Positions 17,606-23,001 of a stretch of DNA of 23,001 bases are shown here, in pieces (within the stretch, counting starts at the first letter, position 1; every line of letters begins with the position of its first letter). The position numbers and the translations under genes were made by a program. The DNA is from a virus: positions 79,884 through 102,884 of IMG/VR virus record IMGVR_UViG_3300002925_000021; one strand, written 5' to 3'. Below the pieces are notes generated by a model. It was not told the origin of the DNA, made no database searches, and saw nothing but the letters and a program-made list of their open reading frames with translations.

Positions 17606-17862
17606 TCTTCCCCCTCCTTCCACTCCTTCTCTTTCTCTTAACTGTTATCTTCCCCTCCTTCTTGGTTATCCACCATCGCTTTTCCCTTATTGAACAGTAA
17701 GATGGGGTGTTACTCTCCTCTTCCTTCTTCGTTCTTAGTTCTTCCCACTCGCCTTTCACTCTTTTACACTTCCTTCCAGGTCTGCTCGTCTACTTAGCCA
17801 AAATACTTTAAATTCACTTTCCTCGGACAACCTGGGAACTTTGGATTAGGGTAATAGATGTT

Positions 17863-17933
17863 GGGCAGGTAGCTCAAATGTAGAGCCCAGACTTGTAGTC
17901 CAGAGGTTGATGGTTCAAATCCATCCCTGCCCA
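17863..17933 (+). tRNA. tRNA-like gene with atypical anticodon arm; best reading Thr(UGU)
   Basis: Perfect acceptor stem GGGCAGG/CCTGCCC, D stem GCTC/GAGC, T arm GATGG-TTCAAAT-CCATC. Loop CT-TGT-AG; anticodon stem CCAGA/TCCAG has two mismatches; no encoded CCA. Confidence 0.7.
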
Positions 17934-17991
17934 CTAAGATACCACCCTCACTATGAGGTAGTTGGACAAGTGGTTCCGTAGAGTTAATTTT

Positions 17992-18064
17992 GTTCCAGTA
18001 GCCCTAACGGAGAGGCAAGAAACCTAAGACAGATATAATGATAGTTCATATACACCCTGGACCA
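17992..18064 (+). pseudogene. Degenerate tRNA, possibly Leu(UAA)
   Basis: GTTCCAG/CTGGACC acceptor (6 of 7 pairs), TA-GCC...GGC D arm, loop CC-TAA-GA, GTTCATA T-loop remnant. Anticodon and T stems do not pair. Confidence 0.45.
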
Positions 18065-18073
18065 CAAAGCCAC

Positions 18074-18105
18074 AAAGGGGCGGGAAATAATCTCCCGCCC
18101 CTTTT
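18074..18105 (+). terminator. Intrinsic terminator after the tRNA-like pair
   Basis: AAAGGGGCGGGA (18074-18085) pairs with TCCCGCCCCTTT (18093-18104), T-run at the end. Confidence 0.85.
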
Positions 18106-18113
18106 GCATTTAG

Positions 18114-18142
18114 TTGCAAACCACAACGAGCGATATTATCCT
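18114..18142 (+). promoter_or_regulatory. Sigma70-like promoter
   Basis: TTGCAA-N17-TATCCT right after the terminator and before AAGGAGG-ATG 18162. Confidence 0.5.
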
Positions 18143-18161
18143 AGGCGAAGGAGGTAAAAAC

Positions 18162-18392
18162 ATGAGCCGTAAGCGAAATAAGCAGCGTACAGAGAGTGAT
18201 GCAGCAAGCCAGAAGCAGTTCTGGTACAAAATGTGCTTGAGGAAGACAGTATTCTGGAGCGAAACAATAGCCAAGCTGAAGGCTAAGAAGATCACAAAGA
18301 GTGGTCACCCAATGCGAGCTTACCAATGCCCCAACTGCAACCAATGGCACCTTACCTCCCAGGTGGAGACTAGAGAGGGTGTTACAGCATGA
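18162..18392 (+). CDS. Small zinc-finger protein (C..K...R.Y.CPxCxxWHLTS type)
   Basis: AAGGAGG RBS favours ATG 18162 (76 aa); RAYQCPNCNQWHLTS. Confidence 0.75.
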   Translation: MSRKRNKQRTESDAASQKQFWYKMCLRKTVFWSETIAKLKAKKITKSGHPMRAYQCPNCNQWHLTSQVETREGVTA

Positions 18393-18682
18393 GAAAAGTC
18401 ATTGGAGTGCGAATGCTTCAACAGAGGGTACTGTTGGAACCTTTGGAAGAACCAAAGGTCCAAACGGGCAACCTTGTTGTACCGGATACTGTCGCAAAGA
18501 ACCTAGGGCGAGCCAAGATCGTCTCTGTGGACGAGGGTAAGCTCCGGGTTGGAGATGTTGTCCTCTATGATACCCGTCAGGGTATGACTTGTTCTCTGGA
18601 AGGGGAAGAGTATGTGATTGTCCACGAGAGCAACGTTTTCGCTGTTCTCGGGCAACAGAAAGGTTCAAAGAAGTCTGGTTAG
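18389..18682 (+). CDS. groES: Co-chaperonin GroES/Cpn10 homolog
   Basis: RVLL, TGNLVVPD mobile loop, KIVSV..G, LRVGDVVLY, LEGEEYVIVHESNVFAVL; ATGA overlap with the upstream gene. Confidence 0.9.
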   Translation: MRKVIGVRMLQQRVLLEPLEEPKVQTGNLVVPDTVAKNLGRAKIVSVDEGKLRVGDVVLYDTRQGMTCSLEGEEYVIVHESNVFAVLGQQKGSKKSG

Positions 18683-18755
18683 ACACATTCTTCCCCCTAG
18701 GGGGGGCGGGGCAGACTTGGAACGATTATCCCGCAACCTTTGAAATGGGGCGGCT

Positions 18756-18827
18756 GCCTACGTAATATAAAGGCATTATCCTGTTCTCGTAAAGCGTAAG
18801 GTGCAGTTTCAACTTCCACCGTGGTTT
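18756..18827 (+). pseudogene. Degenerate tRNA, possibly Thr(CGU)
   Basis: 72 nt. GCCTACG/CGTGGTT weak acceptor, ATA..TAT D stem, CTGTT-CTCGTAA-AGCGT anticodon arm, TTCAACT T loop with TCCAC. Confidence 0.4.
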
Positions 18828-18928
18828 GACCATGTGGGAGCCTTTCAAAGCCTGTTTGTGACAGTTCTTGGCAGCTTTGATGTTTCTAGAAACGGTAAAA
18901 AAGAATCGCCAGCGGGAAATAGTGCCGG

Positions 18929-19729
18929 TTAGGGTAGAAGAACATCAAGAGGTCGTGAGATCCACATTCCGTGCTTATAACCGGCCGCTTTGAGGACAGA
19001 TACGGTTTTAGTTCCTGGAATCCCATCACATTCAGCCTCAGGAATGCCAAGGGCTTTCTGCCGTTCCTTCCAGGCTTTCAAATCCTCTAGCATATCCAGG
19101 TCGAAACACTCGTAACCTGCCTTTTGGAGAGCAAGGTAGATGTAGTCTCCTGGATCTCCTGGGCCCCGGTTTTTACTTTGATTTCTGTGACCGGCAATGC
19201 CGACTACATCAGTCCCGCCTGTTTTGAGTCGAGAACAGACGCCAACCTTTGGTTTGTTCCCTGTTCTATCCCAGGCAATCTGTCTTTGGATCCCAAGGAG
19301 GGCTGTAAGGGTATCAATGAGAAGAACAGCTTTCTCAATTTGCACTTCATAGACATCCCCATTGTCTTTTTGGACCAGTTCAAATCCAAGGGAAACCCCA
19401 TTGACACTGCCAGCCTGCCATGTAGCTTTTTTCACTGGATCATTTTGACAGTAAATGGTCCCGTCAAAATCAATGGTATAGTCCCAGCTAACATCCCTGT
19501 CCGTGTTCGTTTGATACCTGACCAAGGCTTTCGCAGTGGAACTTTCCGTTCCAGCACCGGGAAGAAGACTCCCTTTAATCCCCTTGGCTGTATGACAAAT
19601 GATAAGGCGAACGGCTTTTTTCCGAGGATAAAAATCAGTAACCTCTTTGATCCACTGAATTCCATCCTGCCAAGAAAGGACTTTCAATCCAGGAACATCA
19701 ACCTTCTTGCCAGCAATGATAAGACTCAT
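18929..19729 (-). CDS. N-acetylmuramoyl-L-alanine amidase (Amidase_2 type) with C-terminal peptidoglycan-binding motif; probable endolysin
   Basis: IICHT, VSWDYTID.DGTIY, WQAG..N..SLGFE, GHR...R..DPG, then Q..LG...DGIPGTKT; GAGGT RBS. Confidence 0.85.
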   Translation of the reverse strand: MSLIIAGKKVDVPGLKVLSWQDGIQWIKEVTDFYPRKKAVRLIICHTAKGIKGSLLPGAGTESSTAKALVRYQTNTDRDVSWDYTIDFDGTIYCQNDPVKKATWQAGSVNGVSLGFELVQKDNGDVYEVQIEKAVLLIDTLTALLGIQRQIAWDRTGNKPKVGVCSRLKTGGTDVVGIAGHRNQSKNRGPGDPGDYIYLALQKAGYECFDLDMLEDLKAWKERQKALGIPEAECDGIPGTKTVSVLKAAGYKHGMWISRPLDVLLP

Positions 19730-19782
19730 GTTTGCACCACCTCAATCTAAATAGACATTTATTCGGGGCGAATATGGAATAA

Positions 19783-19893
19783 CTTTCAATTCCCTGTTCT
19801 ATGATGGATGAAGGCATTGAACTGGGAAACAGTGGCTATAAAACTATTAGATTAGATTCAATTCCAAGCATCGTCCCCAAGTTCTCAATTCAC
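19783..19893 (-). CRISPR. CRISPR-repeat-like mini-unit (pseudo-repeat, 32-nt spacer, repeat); no cas genes in the window
   Basis: Minus strand 19822-19783 reads GTTCAATGCCTTCATCCATCATAGAACAGGGAATTGAAAG, ending in the canonical ATTGAAAG. A second GGAATTGAATC end lies exactly 72 nt away. Confidence 0.4.
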
Positions 19894-19934
19894 TCATTCT
19901 TTGTTCCATAGTTAGCAATATGAGGAAATGAGAT

Positions 19935-20518
19935 GTGAAAAAACTGCTTCTGGCTTTGCTGTTGATATTGTTGGGGTTTTACTCCGACTGTTCGGTTGCA
20001 ACATCTACCAATCTTGGACTGGTAGATGTTAGTACCAGAGCACCTGCCACGTTTCAGTGCCCTCCTAGAACTATCCGAGTATCCTTTGATTCAAGGTTTT
20101 CTCAAAGAGAGAGGTTTCTGGCTGAAGATGCACTGTTGAACCTGAAACACCTGGGAGTGGCGGCACAGGTTGTGAACCATAACCAAGATGTAGAAAATTC
20201 GTAAAATGGAGAACCCACGATTGCCAAGATATGGTCTTACGGTTGCATATTACCTATGCGCCTTTTGTTTTAGTAGACCCTGCTTGCATGTCCTCTGACC
20301 AACAATATCAAACAGTGGTACTGCATGAGATTGGTCATTGGCTTGGGATGAGACATATTTGTCGGACAGACCGAAGGACAATCGATGTTTGTTCTCCAGT
20401 TGGAAACGGTACGGCCGTCTTGAATCCGTATATTAACTGGGAACATACAGCTTTGCCTACACAACTGGATATTCTGGAATGCAACCGGGTTTGCTGGATT
20501 CGCTTTAGAATGCCGTAG
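19935..20518 (+). pseudogene. Secreted metzincin (matrixin-like) zinc peptidase split by a frameshift near 20193-20201
   Basis: Signal peptide MKKLLLALLLILLG in 19935-20204; HEIGHWLGMRH (HExxHxxGxxH) in 20231-20518. The second frame is open from 20183, so one -1 shift joins them. Confidence 0.65.
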
Positions 20519-20690
20519 AAGATACCGCACCGGATGCCAACCTTCACTTGGAGGTATCGTTTGCCAAGGTAGGCGTACTCATCCACCGATTGAACTTGGA
20601 ACCTGTTGTTCAAAAGGACTTGACGTGGCCTTATGTCTTGGCTACCTATCTTTAAGCGCAATACTTTCAAGGGCAAAGGAAGGCTAAAAC

Positions 20691-20933
20691 ATGAGCAGAA
20701 ACAACAGCAAGCCTGTCATCATTCGAAGATTCACCATGCTTCCGAATGCGGTGAATCTAATTCAAAAGATGCTCTCAGGAGATGTTGGAAAGGTCATGCC
20801 AGAGAGTGTTTGGGTGGCACTTACTGTGAACACACAAACAGTCGTCGGCCAGAACCCCGACAAGGGCAAGCTCCTAGAGGAACTTGCCAACAACAAGTAC
20901 GTGGTGAAGAAAGTCATCAACGAATGGAACTAG
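20691..20933 (+). CDS. Hypothetical protein
   Basis: 80 aa, AAGGAAGG RBS. Confidence 0.6.
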   Translation: MSRNNSKPVIIRRFTMLPNAVNLIQKMLSGDVGKVMPESVWVALTVNTQTVVGQNPDKGKLLEELANNKYVVKKVINEWN

Positions 20934-20989
20934 GCTATGGCCAACTACAGAGTTCCAGTGAACTCCAAGTTGCACGGTGAACTCTTTGA

Positions 20990-21206
20990 CCCGGTGCGCT
21001 GCACGACCCGCCGTTCAGGGCGAATAATTACGGGCACGGTGTAACCGTCCTATAATGTGTTTTCCGCCTCGAATGAGGCGGACCAGAAATAACGCCTGCG
21101 GTGATACAAACAACCATGGGCGTTCGGCCCTGGAACCCGCCGAAGCGGTTCAGTACCGTCTGAACGCTGTAGGAATCTTCTGTCCTTAGGAATGGGAGGA
21201 TGTCAA
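20990..21206 (+). mobile_element. Non-autonomous IS200/IS605 (IS1341-like) miniature element without tnpA or tnpB
   Basis: TTGAC at 20986-20990; left-end-like hairpin CGCC-GTTCAG-GGCG (21009-21022); right-end hairpin and terminus AGGAATCTTCTGTCCTTAGGAATGGGAGGATGTCAA. Confidence 0.7.
21028..21056 (+). promoter_or_regulatory. Sigma70-like promoter inside the mini-element
   Basis: TTACGG-N17-TATAAT with ACGGTGTAACCGT inverted repeat in the spacer; conserved at 6745-6772 (TTGCGG-N16-TATAAT). Confidence 0.6.
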
Positions 21207-21226
21207 CTATATTTCAATAAATCCCA
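21063..21226 (+). ncRNA. Putative stand-alone TnpB-type omegaRNA (scaffold to 21206 plus flanking guide)
   Basis: 8-bp stem TCCGCCTC/GAGGCGGA, ACGCCTGCGG...TGAA...GTAGGAATC long-range pairing, two internal hairpins, right-end hairpin ending TCAA. Confidence 0.6.
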
Positions 21227-21639
21227 TGAAGGAAATGCGCCCATACGCTCTGGCAGACTTCATAGCAATGAAACGGGGCACTTTTGTTGGCGGATTTATG
21301 CACATTGGAAACTCTTGGTGCATTGGCCCTAAATGGCTTTTCCAAGCGGGAGATGTATATCCCCGGCACCGTTCGGTATATTTTGCCCACCCTATCGCTG
21401 AGTACCATGTAAGATGGAGGCAACGTTTACAGGACTTCTCTCGGCAAATCAGCAATTCCAAGTTCTATCGGCCACCGGTTGAGTCGGCTGAAGAAGACTG
21501 GAAACAGACGAAAAACACCATAAAGATTGGCTTCAATGTAACGAAGCCGCTTGGCATTTATTTGGGACATGTTCTTCGCTCAAATGGTATAACGTTGATC
21601 AATATCCTCTCTGAGGATGGTTTCGACATTTGGATCTGA
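21226..21639 (+). CDS. Hypothetical protein, possibly the 3' part of a gene interrupted by the mini-element
   Basis: 137 aa ORF; frame is open back to the element end at 21206. Confidence 0.5.
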   Translation: MKEMRPYALADFIAMKRGTFVGGFMHIGNSWCIGPKWLFQAGDVYPRHRSVYFAHPIAEYHVRWRQRLQDFSRQISNSKFYRPPVESAEEDWKQTKNTIKIGFNVTKPLGIYLGHVLRSNGITLINILSEDGFDIWI

Positions 21640-21658
21640 TAAGAAAACAAGGAAAACC

Positions 21659-22093
21659 ATGGCAAATCAAAGAAAGTTCAAGCCCTATGTTGGTAGGATG
21701 TTCCACCTGAAGAACTTCACTGACCTGAAGAGGTTCCCCGAAGTAATCTTAGTGATGGACGAGAACAGCAAGGAAGTGATGTTCTTGGACAACAACCAGT
21801 CCGCCACTTGGATTCCCAAGTTCTACCTTCGGCCAACCCCTGTTGAATCCAGGGTGTATGCTAGTTCAGATACTCTCACAGACGCAATGAGTCTATTAGA
21901 GAATCTCCGTGCGGTTGTGATGGACGGCGAAATACTCAGCGATAAGAAGAAAAAAGAACTCAACAAGCAAGTCTCCAACATGCTTATCAAGCTCCGAGAC
22001 CTAGGAACCAGAATGGAAGGCGTGCAGTTTGCACCGTCCGAAGAAGCTGAAACAGAGGACAACAGCATTAGTAAACCTGAAACTCATTCCTAA
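21659..22093 (+). CDS. Hypothetical protein
   Basis: AAGGA RBS favours ATG 21659 (144 aa, MANQRKFKPY) over 21617. Confidence 0.7.
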   Translation: MANQRKFKPYVGRMFHLKNFTDLKRFPEVILVMDENSKEVMFLDNNQSATWIPKFYLRPTPVESRVYASSDTLTDAMSLLENLRAVVMDGEILSDKKKKELNKQVSNMLIKLRDLGTRMEGVQFAPSEEAETEDNSISKPETHS

Positions 22094-22144
22094 GTCGTAT
22101 ACTTCCCCGAAGCAGGGGTAAGAAAGAAAGAAATCTAAGATAAA

Positions 22145-23001
22145 ATGACGACTCTTCTCGTTCAGGAATACCTGAAGAACCATTCTTTGGTTCTGCTTAA
22201 GGCGGAACATGGAATCAACTCCAGTGCCAAACAAGGAGACTGATTCTTTTCCTTAAATTACGATCAGGTCAAGAGTAAGGCAGGCCCAATGGCCAACCAG
22301 TGTCGAGGACTCATTCTTGGGGTGAGTGAACCTTTGAAAGTAATACAAGTGGAGAGGTATGAATCGGTAGGGGATACTGTTGTCCTGGTTCGCCCTTTTG
22401 ATCGATTTTTCAACCTGGGAGACTCCCAAGCGACTCCCGTAGATATAGATGACAAGGAAACCATCTTTTTCCAGAAACTAGACGGAACCCTTTGCATCCT
22501 TTGGTTTGATTCTCTGAACACCAAGGAGTGGCAGGTGGCTACACGAGCCGTTCCTTTGGGTGACAAGCCCATAACTGGCTTGGGTGATATGACCTTCCGT
22601 AAGCTCTTTGAGAAGGCCCTCCAGGAAACCTTGTTCTCAAATGGGATGATCCAGAAGGAAACAAGTCCAGAGGATGTCTTCAAGACCTGGACAGATAAAC
22701 TGCCTCGTTTCGAAACGGTGATGCTGGAACTAACCACTCCTTTGAACAGGATTGTAGTTCACTATGCCAACTACAGGATCCATGTGCTTGGTCACCGTAA
22801 CACTCAAACCGGACAGGAGTTCTGGCCATTGAATCCAGAGAATGGCTTTCATGGCGTTCCTTACTGTCCACAGTACAAGTTCAACAATATCCAAGAACTC
22901 CTGGAGTTTGTGAATTCTAAACAACCCTTTGAACCGGGCGAAGGCATCCTTCAGCGTGATCAAGCGCCATCGCTCCGAAGGCTCCTCGAAGTTCTCGATG
23001 T
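22145..23001 (+). CDS. RNA ligase, T4 Rnl1 family; in-frame TGA at codon 33; runs off the window
   Basis: Not in the ORF track. MTTLLVQEYLKNHSL...KQGD*FFSLNYDQ...CRGLIL...RPFDRFFN...QKLDGT (motif I KxDG)...VATR...LELTTPLNRIVVHY...EG. Confidence 0.85.

Noticed and set aside
18708-18755. GGGGCAGACTTGGAACGA resembling a tmRNA 5' end
   Set aside because: No matching T-arm/acceptor 3' end or tag reading frame found downstream.
20335-20676. 113-aa minus-strand ORF
   Set aside because: Overlaps the peptidase catalytic region in antisense and lacks a clear RBS; a short real gene in 20520-20676 cannot be excluded.
1-23001. Alternative genetic code (TAG or TGA reassignment)
   Set aside because: Core genes are intact in the standard code and end at expected positions with TAA, TAG and TGA; internal stops occur only in isolated loci.

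Overview
This window is part of a large T4-like (myovirus-type) phage genome. Bases 1-16.2 kb are a minus-strand virion module. In transcription order it runs: portal (gp20-like), conserved hypothetical, prohead protease (gp21-like), two small proteins, a very long scaffold (gp22-like), major capsid (gp23-like), an intrinsic terminator, a cluster of accessory proteins (including a GNAT fusion), neck proteins (gp13/gp14-like) flanking a putative ADP-ribosyltransferase, a gp15-like tail completion protein, and the start of the tail sheath. Most of these genes have a TA(A/T)TTA motif just upstream, a candidate late promoter. Bases 16.3-23 kb are mostly plus strand: hypothetical genes, three degenerate tRNA-like sequences, a Zn-finger protein, GroES, an amidase endolysin (minus strand), a frameshifted metallopeptidase and an Rnl1-type RNA ligase with an in-frame TGA. 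The most unusual signals are: (1) a protein-less IS200/IS605-type mini-element with its own promoter and a TnpB omegaRNA-like scaffold, plus a shrunken second copy 14 kb away; (2) a CRISPR-repeat-like pseudo-repeat/32-nt spacer/repeat unit with no cas genes in the window; (3) a shared N-terminal L/I-x-E leader on several accessory proteins, which may target host-modifying enzymes to the capsid. All calls come from reading motifs by eye, with no database searches. Some lesions right of about 17.8 kb could be sequencing errors.
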